Shown: positions 15,018 to 33,145 of the stretch, piece by piece
How positions within the stretch are numbered: the first letter of the stretch is position 1
How the letters are laid out: every line of letters starts with the position of its first letter
DNA from: the human T2T-CHM13v2.0 reference genome, Homo sapiens
Strand: one strand, 5' to 3'
DNA: 64,000 nt
Assembly (NCBI RefSeq): GCF_009914755.1
Contig: NC_060925.1
The notes under the pieces: generated by a model
Database searches by the model: none
The model's input: the letters and a program-made list of their open reading frames with translations, nothing else
Told to the model about the DNA's origin: nothing
Translations under genes and position numbers: made by a program

Positions 15018-18000
15018 AAACATTAATTGCTTAGAAGCCAAGTGGAGCAATTTGAAGGAGCACTCTCTCCTATACTTCTTGTTTTGTTATGTCAATTCAT
15101 GAAATCCCCAGAATGACACATAAAAGGAAACCAAAATCAAATTAAAACTTATGAACCTAAACCATCTTGTGTCATCCTTGGTAGACATTTAGTGGAGGAA
15201 ATATGAAATTGTACTATTCATTCAAGGAGTTAATAGGTAAACCAGTTTATCCATCACTAACTTGTTTTTATAGCATCAACATGGTGTAAAGACAAAAACA
15301 ATCTTGAACTCTAGTAACTATCATCTATATTTAATGCCTCTATGCTACAACAGTAAGACTCTGGATGATTATCAGTACCACTTAGAATTAGAGCTTCTTG
15401 TTAAATAATTCATACATTTGATGGGGAAGAGCTTCAAACAATGCTCAAAGCTCCAGTAATTAATGGGCTAATTACGAGATGCTTGTAAAATGGCTTAAAC
15501 ACTGAAAGTTCAGTGTAGGTATAATTGTTTTAGAGTTAACCCTGTGTATTTAAATGTCAAAAAAAATATTCAGTGAAGATGAGTAGAGGGTTGGGAGAGA
15601 GAAGAGAGATCATAAGATATCACACCAGTTTAGAAGTCTTCACTATTGATTTAAGATTTCTAAAAAGGCTCTGGAAAGGCAGAATGCAGGCCTTCCTAAT
15701 GCCCCAGGCATTTTCCAACCATGTCTCTAATCACATAAGAAGAACATCACCCATGAGTCATAGGACTCTGGGTACTCTTAGAGGTCAGAAACCGCTGCAG
15801 TGCAAGTCCTTTCAGCCTAATCGCCTCTTCACTAGCAACGCCCAGGTTCCACAAGAGTGCTCTGTTTCATTCCAGGACCCGTGGGAGTTAAGAATTGAAG
15901 GTAGTTGATTTTTTGGTTGGTTCATTTGTTTGTTTTTCCTCCCTGTTGTTTGCTGTTCTCAGAAATGACCTGCTCTCTGAGCTTTCTTGGAGTGTAAGGC
16001 ATTTCAATTCTAGAAAGGTGGGGCTGGGAGGAAAATGGTCTCCTTGACTGCAAACCATCTAGCTGAAATGTCTTTCACTCATCCCACTGGAAGGGGGAAA
16101 AAAAGCCTTCTTTAGAAGATGAAACATTGTCTTGTGTCTTTTAGCATCGTTCTGGGCAGTCAGTCTGTTAGGACATATTGGGCGATTATAGGACTGTCTT
16201 TTTAGAGAAAGCCATGGGTTTCAAGTTAGCAGGAACCATCTATCAATTCTTAAGATTATGCCATGATTTACTGTCAGAACATCATGTATTCTGATTTTCT
16301 GCCTCCCATGAAACATTGTGCTTTCCTTTTCTATTGATGTATCAACTATAATAGTTACAAGCAGCTACAGAAAAATCAATAGCGAGCTTTCATTACTGTG
16401 TACATCAAGTAAAGAGCCCCCCGCTGCAAGAGCACAACTTGTTAGATGCTCACCATGGAAGGTGTACAACACTCAACTGTTTTTTTCCCAGACTGCATTA
16501 GAAAAATCAACTATAGAAAAATTATAAAATAGTATCATATTCTACATGGAAGCACAGAGACCCTATAAAATCTCTCAAAGGGAATGGACAGGAGGCATTA
16601 TCATGTTTCAAAATGAGCACAGCATTTCCAAAGTGAATATAAAGGTATTTAATGCGATTCCTACGTGGTTTTTGTTTCTGGTTTTCTTTTGCATTTGTCT
16701 TCTTAAGGTCATCAGGATAGTGGGAGGAAATACTGAATTAGTATTTACTAGATTGACTGCGTAAGCAGAAAGTCACCACTGGCTGAAGTGCATGCTGCAA
16801 TAGTCATGCGCTCAACACCCAGCCAAGCAATGAGGACCCTAAGAACTGTGTGAATACAGAGTAATATTACCAGGGTCTTAATCAGATCCAGGAGTCCCAG
16901 ACATACATATGCAAAGTTTTATTCTCTTTCCAAGCACATGTTGGAAAAAGAAAAAGACTTAGGATTTTAAAGCAACAAATACCTTTATTTGCCTTTGGGA
17001 GCACATTAGCTACCAATTAGTGCATGTAAATTGAGACTGCTGAAAAAGAGAATGTATGAACTGATAGTCTGGGTGGGGGACTCTCAAGGCCTCAGAAGTT
17101 CTCTAGCATTTCAGCATCAATTTGGGCAACATAAAGAGATTTCCAAAGCAAATCCTAACAAGTCCTGAATCTGAACCATGTACAAATCATAAATCCCATG
17201 GAATTCCCAATCTTAACATGTGCAATGAATGTATTCAGATCTATATATTTAAGTAATTAGTTCATTACTTTCTGATAGTTATGATCTACATAAAGGTTTT
17301 CCATATGTTACTGTTATGATCCAAGTCCAAACTCCAGTTATTTTTTATCTTTAGAGATAATATATTTAGCAAGAAGGCAAAAACGTGCCTGATAATTTTT
17401 ATGTTCATATAAGAATGTTAAGAAACTACAAAAATGTGTTTTGAAATATTACAGTAACAAACAGGAAACAAACTAAAACCTTGAGTACCAGGTTAACTTC
17501 CCCAAAATACCGTTTTAAAATACTGATGAATTTGAACAAGTGGTTTGATTTTTGGGCATCTGTTTTGTTTTAGGGGAAGGGAGGAATATTTAAATGATAA
17601 AATTTTCAAATATCCCATTTTTTTCATAGTTTTCCCAACTTTTGTGGATTTTTTTTCTATTTCGTTTTTCTATGCACCCAAAAATTATGTGAGAATTTTG
17701 CATTTGCCTTTGACATTCTAACAACAGAATGAACTGCCATTCAGCTATGGTCACTACATTGAGAGTTTAATGCTCCAAAAGGTATGCTCTGCAAGGACTG
17801 TGAAAAGATTAATTAGTCTTTGCTGGTTTCATCAGAGGATGCTGAGAAACTGGCAACAGGCTCTCTCCTGCACCACAGCCCAAGAGGAAGATCCTCTTTT
17901 CCCCAGCAAACCAGGTAGCAATGACATCTGCAAGGTTAGCCTTTCTATTTGCCAGTGTCCCTGACAATTAAAACAGTGAAAATAATTCATGCATTGCCAA

Positions 18001-19505
18001 TCTTAATTACATTCTTGCTTTCGTTTATTCCTTTTGCTACTTTCCTGGCTGGTGTTTTGCATGTTACTTATATGCAGTAGTACTTATCTAAAGCCTACTT
18101 TAGAGTAGTTGTCCTTACAAGAAATGGAAGTCTAAGTAGAGTGGAATAGCATTTGGATGATTACAGATTCTCTGTGAATTCAGCTAACACTTTCCTCAAG
18201 GTAGCACTCATGCTCCTGTTAAAAGTACATTCTTTCCACATGCTTTTTTCACATAGTTAAAAAGAAATCCTTCCATGACATACTGAACCCTAATACCAAA
18301 TAAGCTGGTGCTTCCCCTGAGCCACATAGGAGAATGTTGGCTCTGAGAATGTCGCAGCATCCCTGCACTGCTGTGATGTGCAGTCAACAGAGGGTACGAG
18401 CTCTGGCAGAAAACCCAGAACAGGATATTATGCACAGTAGGGGCTTTCCAACCCAGCTGTTCCAAGCCCTATAGGGTCAAAATGATGGGGAAATCCAGAA
18501 TGACAGTAATTATGCCATCAACCTTACGGCTCCCTGCCAGAGAGGTTGCTGGTTAGACATCTATACATCTAGTAGCTGTTTAATACATTTTTTAAAACAG
18601 GTATAGTGAAAGAATGCATTTTAAGCAGGAATTGAAAATGTACTAAGAATGAGACAATAATGTATGAGCAAGTACTTACTTTGTTTCTTACTTTAGGTAA
18701 GAAAAAATAAAAGGAAGGAGGAAAGGTATGGAGGGGGAGATAGAGGGATGGAGGGAAAAGAAAAGGAAAGAGAAGTAGATAGAAAATCAAACACAGATGA
18801 AAGCAAAGACAATTATGATTATAATTATTTCATTCCCTAATCATGTAAGATTTGAATTTTCTAATTAAGAAAAAAGAACAAAATTAGTTCATATGTCAAA
18901 AAGAGGATTCTAAAATTGCACTGACATAAATGTTATTCTGTGATTCAGTTGCATTCTTAAATTGGTGTGTTATTTATGCAAATTATGGTAAGAAAAATAA
19001 TTTTGGATATTTTTGTTTTACAAATATATTTTTCACTTTCACCACATTATTTCCAGAAGTATCTTTCCTTCCACAGGGGTTCCCTGTCTGCTCTTGCTTC
19101 CTCCAGCTCCTCAATATATGTACCTTTCAGGGTTGTTTCAGCAGTCCTGAAGTTGTGTGTGTGTGTAAGCATGATTAAGAGTACTTTTGTGGGAGTGTGC
19201 TATTGCCAGCCTCACAGATGGTGTTATTTCCTGTGCTAGACTTCCTACTTACTGATAGCTGGGCTCACACTTGACATCCTCTCTTAACTGCCTCTAGACC
19301 AAAACATGCAAAGTCTTGCAGTGTGGGAGGGAACCTGTGGCTGTGCATTGGGTTCAGTTGATAACAATAATCACCAGCCCTGATGAGTCACCAGAGAGCA
19401 ATGGGGTGATACTCAAGTACCAGAGAGATGGTGGTGGTCTCTGGTGGCCCCACCACTGTCCACCACTTGCAAGTAGATAAACTGGTCATTAAAGGAGCTG
19501 TGGAG

Positions 19506-19640
19506 AGCCAGATGCAGTGGCACATGCCTGTAGCCCCAGCTACTGCAGAGGCTGAGGCAGGAGGAACACACAAGGCCAAGAGTTTGAATCTGACCTGGGC
19601 AACATAGTGAGACCCCTATCTTTAAAAATAAAGAAATAAG
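19506..19640 (+). mobile_element. FLAM monomer
   Basis: Single Alu-like arm with an A-rich tail. Confidence 0.8.
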
Positions 19641-20554
19641 TAAATTTTTAAAAAGAAAGGCATTATGAGAGTTTCAGCAGAACATTTAGGAAGGGTCTTC
19701 TAGAGATAATGATGGACAAGTCAGTAAGCTGCTTGTTCACACACTAATGTCCAGTTCATGTTGACTGCTATCTACCCACGTCTCCTCTTCTGGCACCTGC
19801 CTTAGTGGCTGGAAGCTCTCTCAGAAGCTTAAAAAGATGCTTTTATTTTACCTACCCAACAAGGTTTCTACGCATTCCAGCCTCCAAGGAGGGGTGGTTC
19901 CCCTTTGTGAACTGAGATTTAGGAATATCTATGTTTACAACTCCGGGACTAAGATTCAATAAAGCTTCAGGAGGGTGGAAGTGCAGCTTGTGAGGGCAAA
20001 ACTTTAGAATCCAGTGGACTTCTTAAGGTCATCTGAACAGTGAGAGTAAGTACTAGGCTCTTATCCCACTTCCACCACCAACCAATGCAGAAGTGGGATT
20101 AAGATTGATAATCCTGAGATAGCATTAAATGTTTTGATACAGGCATGCAATCCATAATAATCACATCAGATAAACAGTTGTTCTGTGCACACAATCTAAC
20201 ATTTATGCATTTTTTCTTTAAAAAACCTTTCTGCATCCAAATGGCACATTCATTAAGTTTAAAATGAAGCACAAAAGATAGAGATAAAATGAAGCAACTC
20301 TATAATTATATAAATTATAAATCTTACTGTAATAATTATACAGTAGACTTGGAGAAAGACAGGCCTTTCAAGAATTGGTTTTTAGAGATGTGTCTAATGC
20401 CTTAAAGAAGTGTTTGCTTTAAAATCTTGAAAAAGCCTCATGTAGAAGTGAGATGTTGTAAAGTCATCATTGGCTTTGGCCACTGCCAGGTCGACTACCA
20501 GTTTGCTATTTGTGATGTATTTCACTATTTTGGAACTTACAAAGCTATTCCTGA

Positions 20555-20906
<352 letters not shown>

Positions 20907-21261
20907 CAAAAATCAAATTTTCAACAGTTACTTAAATCCACTACTTCCCAAGATGAAAGCTTTATTACCAACTGAAACTTAGAGAACTATGAGTGGTCGT
21001 GGGCTGCCTCTGAACTTGCTGTGGGTATATTTACTGAGCCACCATGGGGGTCATGTGAAGAGTCTAGGGTTTTGTTTTACATCCTTAACACTTCAGTTTT
21101 GAAAATCCCTATAAGACAGTAATAGTTCTATAGGGTAAACTCCAAAGAGGGCTTCTGTAGGGGGCATAGGAGTGGCACCCACAGTTGTGGGAACGTCAGC
21201 AAACCTGCATCCTCCCTCAGGGGAGAGGTCAGAGCAACTCAGAATATTATGACTACTGAAA

Positions 21262-21882
<621 letters not shown>

Positions 21883-23541
21883 ATATTGCCGACATCTTAA
21901 CAGAGCCGCTCTCTGTATATGCTGACTGATACATTAGGCTTGGGATAAATCATATCTGACCTTTCCTTATAATAGCACTGGGTGGACTTCAAAGGTGGAA
22001 GAGATATTTCTTGTTCAATTAAGTCATCATTGCAGAAAGATGAAACAGATGATACTTTATAAGCCAGGCACTGTCCTACCTTGTGGTAATTCCTATTAAA
22101 ACACATTTAAAAGATTAGGAAACTGAAACTTAGAGCAATTTACTAATTTCAATGTCTTATGGCCAGTGCAGTGTTCACGGATTTAAAATCACTTCAATGC
22201 AAGTATCAATAATTCTGCTAAATAATCAGGAGTTGACTATAATTAATCTGCAAAAACCAAACAATTTTCCCCACTTGAATTAATGATTTCTGGGTGTGAA
22301 AGGGAATGGTCACCACATAGTCTTAGTTTCCTTCCATGCAAACCTTAGAATTGAGCATAGCACTTACGAAACCAATATGATCAGATAATAAGATATCTTA
22401 CTATTATCACTGTCTTAGCAAAATCTGTCATTACACTGAAAAAAAAATAGGATAGCTTCTTTTGCAAATGTTTCAAGCTCCAAAAGTTCTTAGAATAATC
22501 TTTCTTGTTATTTTCTCTGCCACATGGTTACACAAATACAAAACAAATTGGAAATATGGATTTTCTGTCTTTCATATACAAATACATATCCCTGAGCAAT
22601 TGAATGAATTATTAATTTGTTTTGTCCAAAAATGGATAAGTATTTGGCTTTAATGATCTTGTTAGGCAACTAGTTTCCCTTCCCTTATAGTTCTCAACTC
22701 CAGAGACCCTCTCTTTTCATTTTTCAAGCAAATAATTCAGAATCAGTGTTGATCCACTGCATGATTTTTCCCCCTTCATTTCAACCTCTGATCTTACTGA
22801 GCAGAATTTTAATAGCTAAGGGAAATGATGTAATAATAAGTAACAAGTATATCTAGCTCTTAAAGAGTAGCTTTAATTTAACTCTACAAACTCATAAAAT
22901 ATTGGATATTTAGAATGAATGTAGATAGTAACAGTTCTCATATGGGCATAAAATTGCAAGAATTTTACTGATTGTGATGTATTACTTTTAGCACAAATAG
23001 AATGTACCAAGTACAATAAACTTCACTAATTCAGGACATTTCAACTTGGCAACAAAAAGCTCAATTTATATGTACTTAAAGAAATGCAATTTTAGTAACC
23101 TCAGTCTAATGCTTAATTAAAGTAACATGTTAACACAGTGGGGCACAATTAAAAAGGAGTTGGGAGCATCAGCTATAATATTCAAATACCTAGTTTTTTT
23201 CCAATCCAATTAATCTATTTTGTGTGTCTGTCTCAGAAAGGATAGTACCAGACCTGCCAAAGGTGTTGGCGGGAGTGAGATAAAGTAGATGCAAGGGGTT
23301 TAATAAAAATTCAAAGAATGACATAAATATAAAGTATTATTCTCAGAAATTACAATTCACAATTAGCCTGCATTTTATAAAATACCTCTAAAACATCTTC
23401 AACATTTAAAAATTGGATGTTAAAATTGGTGATACATTAATAATACTCTTCATTCCTTGAATTTCTGATTCTGTTGCTGACTTTAGATAGAATTTATTTT
23501 TCATCAGTTACATACTCAAAGGCTAAAACAGGAAGGCATTC

Positions 23542-23617
23542 TTTTTTGAGACAAAGTCTCACTATGTCACCCAGGCTGGAGCGCAGTGGCGTGATCTCAG
23601 CTCTCTGCAACCTCCAC
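23542..23617 (-). mobile_element. Severely 5'-truncated Alu with TSD
   Basis: About 75 bp of Alu 3' end flanked by 'aaggcattcttt' at 23533 and 23621. Confidence 0.85.
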
Positions 23618-23835
23618 AGAAAGGCATTCTTTAAACTTCTTATCCAAAATAAACCCAAATACAATTTCCGAAGTAGCATAGAGTTCAAGTTGCTGAGTCT
23701 TACCTAGTGAACCATCAGCCAACACTGTAGAACATCATGGTGCTGCCATATAGTGTATTTCTTGCTGTTAGGAAAGCAAAATTCCCTATCCTATTCTGCA
23801 TTCTGGTATTGACCTGACCTTAATATGTTTGATTC

Positions 23836-24128
23836 TTTTTTTTTTTTTTCCTAATAGGGACAGGGTCTCTGTCACCCAGGCTAGAATGGCCCGATCACAG
23901 TTCATTGCAACCTCAAACTCCTGGGCTTAAGCAATCCCCCCGCCTCAGACTCCTGAGAAGCTGCATGCCACCACACCCAGCTATTTTTTTTTTAATTTTT
24001 AAATTTTTTGTCAAAATGGGATCTCACTATATCAGACTGGTCTCCAACTCCTGGCCTGAAGCAATCCTCCTGCCTCAGCTTCCCAAAGTGCTAGGATTAC
24101 GGGTGTGAGCCACTTACTGTGTCTGGCC
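23836..24128 (-). mobile_element. AluJ element
   Basis: Diverged antisense Alu with TSD 'tttgattctttt'. Confidence 0.88.
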
Positions 24129-24556
24129 ATGTATTTGATTCTTTTAAAATCATGAATACTTGTTCTTTCAAACAACAAATATATTATAGTCATATCTTGG
24201 TTTCCAATTTCTGTTTAAATTAACAAGATGAGAATTGAGGCCCAGGGAATCAGAGGTTCTCCAGATGTTTCCCTTCATTCACATCTAATCCTACCCCTCC
24301 ACAGGAGGTATGAAACCAACTCATTGCAAAGATGTCACCCAGGGCCACATCACCCAGGGATACTGGGGTTGGGCGAGAGCATAACGGGACAGTAGAGACC
24401 TCACCTAACTTTGCCTTCGTGCTTGAGCACTAAGGTCAAGCAAACGTTTTATGAAGTTTCCTGCCCAGTCAACTGCTGAGTAATATACATTATACCAAAT
24501 AAACTGGTTATTTTGTAGAGATTGTTGAATGCTTTCGTTCAACATTTTCATTTTGA

Positions 24557-24886
<330 letters not shown>

Positions 24887-27029
24887 TGAGAAGATTTTTT
24901 TAAGAGTGTTCTGCTGCTCTTTAGTTTCATGTAAACTTATTTTCCCCATGGCACCCTCCTCACTGTCATCCATGTCCCTTTTCTGCGTGAGCTGGTATCG
25001 CTTGCTACCCTCTAAGACCTAGGGGATAGAAAACAATGGGCTCTAGCCTGCCTTCTGCAGGGAACAAAGCCTAGAAACAGGAAGCTGCTACAAGCAATCC
25101 CAACTGCGCTGTGTCCATGGAGTATCATGAATAGTTTACACGAAGAGGATTTCTTTAAAATGCTGAATTATGAAGGAGTATTGATTGTGTGAGTAGAAAT
25201 ATCTAGAAGACTACATCTTTTGTCTTCTAGTCTAATGCTCTGACATGGAGAAGTGTTTCCAGTCAACGGTTTATTCTGAAGATAGCACCTTGTCCACTAA
25301 ATGCACATTACATTCTCAAATTTACCTTTTTAAAGATTCTCTTTGAAATAATCTCTCCAAAAGTCAGTAAGAAACATGTCGAGCACTACCAAAGCTGAGA
25401 AAGTGGAGCTGAATCGGGCTCTTAGCCTCACTCACACAAAATAATATTTTAATTGGCTAAGCTAATATTTGATCCAAGTTCATAAAAGTTTGAAATCAAA
25501 TAATTAAATGCAAATACAGTCTTCATCCCAAAGACGATAAGAATGCCTTTAAGCTAATATTTTTAACAAGAACTGTTCCACAGCGCTCTCTTGTAAATTT
25601 TATCATACCTGAGGCAGTTTTCCTCATTCGATTAGCTGGAAAGCTGAATTTATCCCGAGGCAAACCAGACATCTAGTATGGGCTAAATTCAACAACTGGA
25701 GCTTAAATTTGGCTTAATATATCCCCACTTGGATCTGCCTGTTTAATTCTCTTTCATATGATAACGTTGGTTTATTCATAGTCTTGACTTGCCACCTGAA
25801 CAAACTGAACCTCATATCTTATTCTAAGAGAATAAAACTTTGCAAAAACCACCAAAGTTTCTGAATGGAAATCAAATACAAAGTGATGCTCAAAAACTGT
25901 TTCAGGACGTGAGTACAAAAAAAAAAAATAGTGAAGAGGTTTTCTCTGAGGGAGGGCTGCTCTTTACGAATGTGGATGTTTCCTATGCTTTGGGAGCAGA
26001 TGGTCTTTAGCAGGATAAGGACTAAGACCTCCAAGACCAGCCAAGGCAGCTGCAATTGTGTCTCAAGCTTGAAATTCTGCATGCTACCTATTTTATCAAA
26101 CACCGTATGTATTTGGCCTTATTGTTAAATCTATTTTAAATACAACTTTATTTGAGGTTTAGGGGCAAACTAGGAAATTGCTTCATCCTATATCCCTTTA
26201 AATTCTGTTTCCTGGCTCAGAATATCCCATCGATTTCCAGCCAGAGGCCTTATTTTTCTTTGATTTTCCGTATATTTTAATGTAGTTTTCACTATCATCT
26301 GATATGCAGAAGTTGATACAATGTACGATCTGTTTCATAAACCCCTTTAGTATAGCATTCTGTCCTCATTTTTATCCCTAAGAATTCTAGAATGCAAATT
26401 GCAAATGTGTATACAGAGGGAAAATGGAAGTGTTCTATGCCCGTGATGTGGTCCCTAACACAGCTCACAGCCCCAAAATACAGGCTTCCTGAAAATACTC
26501 AGATTACCACTTCACAACATCAAACATATCAAATGTTTTTCCTTCTACTCATTGAGCTCAATTACTTCAATTTTGAATCAAATTACACTTTTTCTAGAGA
26601 CACATTATAGGAAAAGAGCTTTGTTATATTTGAAATTGGTTAGGAATTTAACAAGGTGAGGAACTTTAAAATTGCTTAAGAGTCTAATAGCTGGGGGTAT
26701 TGATACATAGAAAGTGCTCAATATATTTTTATTGAATTAATTTGCATATGCTTTGTATTCATGGGCACTGAATACAAATTAGCCAATTCAATAATAAATG
26801 CATTGGTTGTCTTTTATGTGTGTGGTGCTATACCTGTGTGGTGTAGGAAATAAGAAACATAAGTCAGAATCTCTGCCTTCTGAGAGAATGCAATCTAGCA
26901 GGAGAGGCAAGGCATAAACCAGTAACCGGAGAATCCAGAAAAGCTTGCCTGGGAAGATGCAATTGCAAATATGTGGAAGATGTTCCACAGACAAGCAAGC
27001 AAGAAGACTGGCGTGTGAAACAAAACGGA

Positions 27030-27870
27030 TTCTCTTATTCGACAAATGTGAACTGAGCTCCTCCTTTGTCCAGACATTATGCTAGGCCTGGGAAAGGTTA
27101 TAATTAACAAGATAGACATATCCCTGTCCTCATAATTGACAGTGAAATTACCATGTAATACCCAATGCCCTGCATGATGGGCAAATAGAGTGTGCTGTAG
27201 ACTCACAGCAGAGAGGACTTCAAGGAGGCTTCCTGGACGTAATGATATCTGCGCTGAGGCCCAGGAGATTGGTCAAAATTATCCAAATAAAGGTTAGGGG
27301 AAGAAAGTTCCAGGTACTGGCCAGGCACATTCAAGAAACTGAAAGAAGTTGGTGGGTGGGGTGAAATAAAACGGGATAGATAAACAGGCCAGATAAATGT
27401 GTTTAATCTTTAACCCAGGGTAGTGGGGTGCCATTGAATGATTTTAAGCAGAGGGTACTAGAGGACATAATTGGATTCACATTTAAAGTTATCACTCATG
27501 CTGTTGTGAGGAAAATGCATTTGGAGGCGGGGACAATATTGGAGGAATCAGTTATAAGGAACAGAGGCGAGTTACGGTTGCAGCAATGGAGAATAAAGGA
27601 CAGATTCAAGACGCAATTAGAAAGCAGAGGCAGCAACTCGGTGATGGCTGGATTGGAAAAGAAGAGGAGAGGGAGGAGTCATGAATGAATCTGGGTCTCA
27701 GGCTTGAAATCCCAGGTAGATATTGGGTAACGGGATGGATTCTTAGTCCAATCATTGGTATAAGAAAAGCAGGAGAAGGAGCAGGTTTAGAAAGCCAGAC
27801 AGATTGAGCTACATTTTAGACACTGAGTTTGAGATGTCCCCTGGCTATCAGGTAGAGACATCTAGTAAAT
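27030..27870 (-). mobile_element. L2 fragments
   Basis: 'ccattgaatgattttaagcag', 'ttttagacactgagtttgagatgtc' are typical of antisense L2. Confidence 0.6.
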
Positions 27871-28400
27871 AGTAAACAGTCATATGTATAGAACCAAATA
27901 AAGTTATATGCTGCAGTCTTCCACATGGGTCACTGAGTGAGCTGGTGAAAGCATTGAACACACTGAAATAAAATGTTCAACACATGGAAAAGTCCAAAGG
28001 ATTTGAGAAAAACAAGCAGGCTTGGCACTACAAGCCAAAGCACCCAGCCAAAAAGTCCTCTTTGAATCCATTTCCCAAGAAAGTACAATCTATAATGGAG
28101 TTTGTGCTTTTCACTTGCTGTTATAAAACAATTCTACACAAAATAAAAATAAAGTTGGCCATGAATTTGATATGGAAGAATAGCAGCATGTCAAAGGCAA
28201 AAAAAAAAAAAAAGAAGAAGAAAGAAAAGAAAAAAAGAAAAATGTTGGTTTAGGGCAAGAATTTAAACAAAAAAGCTTATTCTCATATTTCCTGAGGATC
28301 TCCTCTGTGCTGAGCACTGGCCAGGCACTAGGAATACAGCTGCACATAAGACCAAGTCTCTGCCTACACGGCTTTCATTCTAGCATTCTAGTGGGGGTGA

Positions 28401-28722
<322 letters not shown>

Positions 28723-28810
28723 TAAAATTAGACAAATGTATGCATAATGTAAGGTCAGTCATGAACAAGCAATAATAAGAACACATCATTTAGGGATATA
28801 AGAAAACAGG

Positions 28811-29233
28811 TGATATTGTTTGGATCCTTGTCCCTGCCCAAATCTCATGTCGAACTGTAATCCCCAATGCTGGAGGTGGGGCCTGGTAGGATGTCTTTGG
28901 ATCATGGGGTCATGATCCAAAACACCAGGTCCCTCAGGGCCTGGTGTTGTCTTGGTGATAGTGAGTTCTTGCCAGATCTGGTAATTTAGAAATGTGTATC
29001 ACCTCCCTACACATACTCTCTCTCTCTGGCTCCTGCCTTCACCATGTGATGTGCCTGCCCCACCCTCACCCGCCACCATGATTTTAATCTTCTTGAGACC
29101 TCCCCAGAAGCTGAGCAGATGCCAACACCATGCTTCCTGTAAAGCCTGCAGGTTCATGAGCCAATTAAACCTCTTTTCTTTATAAATTACCCAGTCTTAG
29201 GTATTTCTTTATAGCAGTGCAAGAACGGCCTAG
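28811..29233 (+). mobile_element. Solo MaLR LTR (MSTB-like)
   Basis: 'tgatattgtttggat..cccaaatctcatgtcgaactgtaatcccc...gccaattaaacctcttttctttataaattacccagtc..ggtatttctttatagca'. Confidence 0.85.
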
Positions 29234-29470
29234 TGGAAATACAGAATTCTGGATTATGATCACCTCTGGGGCATCAGGAATTCGTTCTTGGGAGGAACAC
29301 ACAGATAGCCTGAAGGGCTCTGACCATGTTCTGGTCTTCCTGATGAGTGGTGGATTCATAGGTATTCACTATACTATGTTTAAAAACTGACATATACATT
29401 ACATTTAAAACATTAATTATAGTAAAATATGCACAATGTAAAATTTACCATCTTAACCACTTTTCCATAG

Positions 29471-29781
<311 letters not shown>

Positions 29782-29796
29782 AACTTTATTTTTTAG

Positions 29797-31045
<1,249 letters not shown>

Positions 31046-31619
31046 GTGACAGAGACCAGAGTAGCCCACCATTCCCTTTGAACATTGGTATTGTACCACA
31101 AAATCAAGTGGTTTTCAAACATTTTTGATCCGTGGGAGCTTTTTTTCTAAACCATGTATACAAAAAAAGTCAAAAGTGGAGAAATTCTTATTTCTTAGCC
31201 TTGGCACCTGTACAATACAATTGGAAGGGGTTGGGGTGGGGCTTGTCCAGAGAAGTCCCCACAAAGGTGCCCCATAACACTAGACTGTACTCAGTCTCCA
31301 TCGTGAGACTATTATTTATAATAGTGATTTGTGGCATTTAAGATGTGAAATTTCCTTCAAAATCTCAAATATTAAGTTGTGTTACATGCCAATTTAAATG
31401 TCAAATGTATATTATTTCATTCAAATTATCTGAAAACCATTCATTCGCATATCATGAGACCCTTTAGAAACGGAACTACTTGACTAACCAGCACTTCCCA
31501 TTCTCCAACTCCAGCAAGTGACAGAAACTTGCAGGCATTGACACAATAGGGGGAAAAAAACTCCAGGACTTTAAAATAATGAGCCCTGCAGGGTTCAGAT
31601 TCCTGCTCCGCCCGAGGGA

Positions 31620-31860
31620 AGTCTCATGGTAGAGCATACAAGGACTTTAGAGTGAGACAGGCCTGGTCATAAATTCAAGATCTTCTTACTAGCATTAAAA
31701 TCCTAGATGAGCTTCTCAACCCCTTTAAGCCTCTGTTTTTCCACTGGGAAAATGATATTAATAATAACTTCCCCATAAGATTCTTAAGAGGATTAAATGA
31801 GAAAACATATGTTAAAGACACTTGTCACATTAATTGGTGTTTGGTAAATGTTATTTCCTC
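31620..31860 (+). mobile_element. MIR
   Basis: Core 'gcctctgtttttccactgggaaaatg...aggattaaatgag'. Confidence 0.65.
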
Positions 31861-32039
31861 CCTCATTCTTACTAACTTTGAGATCCTGGGAAAGCCATTT
31901 AATCCCTCTGATTCTTAATTTCATCATACCTATAACACCTTCTAGGATAGAATCCTTTACAATTTAGCTTATCCTGAATCCCACTCCTAGGCCAGTTTTC
32001 TACATACTCTCACTAACTCCTGGGATTTCACCCATCACC

Positions 32040-33005
32040 CATCAGCTGTACACTGATAAGTCCCAAATCTATACCTCCAGCCCAAGCCTTTCTCTTGAGG
32101 TCTAGACCTTTATGTCTGGCCATTTCCTGGACATCTTCACCCAATATTCCATGTGCCCCTTAAATTCAACATGGCCATACCTAGACTCCTTAAATATTGC
32201 TTCTCAAATCTGCTGCTCCTCTTGGTGACGGCCACCACCTTCTTCCCTTAACAGACACCTGGAAGCCATCCAGGACCCTCACTCTTTCTCTCTGTCTCTC
32301 CTATTTTTTATTAACCCAAGGCCAGCAAACCCTGTTGCATCAACCATCTTGATGCCTTTCAAGTCCCTCCCCACCTCCTTGGCCGCCATATTTCTCATCT
32401 GTGTTCCTGCAGCAGGATCCTGGCTGGTCTCCCTCCATGAGCCTGCTCTCCCCTCACCCTCCTGCACACACTAGTCCCTTCTACACACTTCTGGCAGAAT
32501 GCTTTCTTTAAATCAGAAAGCTGACCATTTCCCTCTTTCCTAAAACCATTCAGTGTTTCTGCCTTCCTTTTGGAACAAAATCCAGACCATCTGACATGCA
32601 GCACTCTTCACAGTCTTAAACCTTAGGGCCCATCTTCATCTTGCCCACCTATTCCTTCTCCACAAAGGCTGAGCTGTTTAACAGTGTACCAAAGACCTCT
32701 CTGTTCTTTCCTTCTCTAGGGTTTGTATATAGACCACTGTCTGCTAGGATGTGCGTTCTCTTCCACGCGTTGCTCAGCTCATTCTAACTCATCTTTCAAA
32801 ACTCCTCAGGTGTCACCTTCCCCAGGGACCCCTCTTTTCTCTTGAACCCTGTGTTAGCTGCCCATCCTGTAAGGGCACTGCTTATCTGTATCACATTAAT
32901 TGAGCTACTGTACACAGAGACTGTGCCTTTTATTTCCATATCTCCAACACCCAGACCAGAGCTGTTAAGACTGAATGAATAAATGAATGAATGAATGAAT
33001 GAATG
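32040..33005 (+). mobile_element. L2 3' portion ending in (TGAA)n
   Basis: 'tcccaaatctatacctccagccca', 'ccttaaattcaacatg', terminal gaatgaatgaat. Confidence 0.7.
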
Positions 33006-33145
33006 TGTATACATTGTGTATACACGAAGGTATGAAATAATAAATAAAGCATGTTAAGAATGTTTTGTAAACTACAAAGCACCAATCAGTTGTAAGGGCC
33101 TGTTATTTCTGTGTACATATATAGTATATACACTTTATATCTACT

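Noticed and set aside
25508-25515. ATGCAAAT octamer (also near 705, 6941, 18976, 26392, 36965) as OCT4 sites
   Set aside because: A handful of matches is about what chance gives in 64 kb of AT-rich DNA; no convincing SOX-OCT composite seen.
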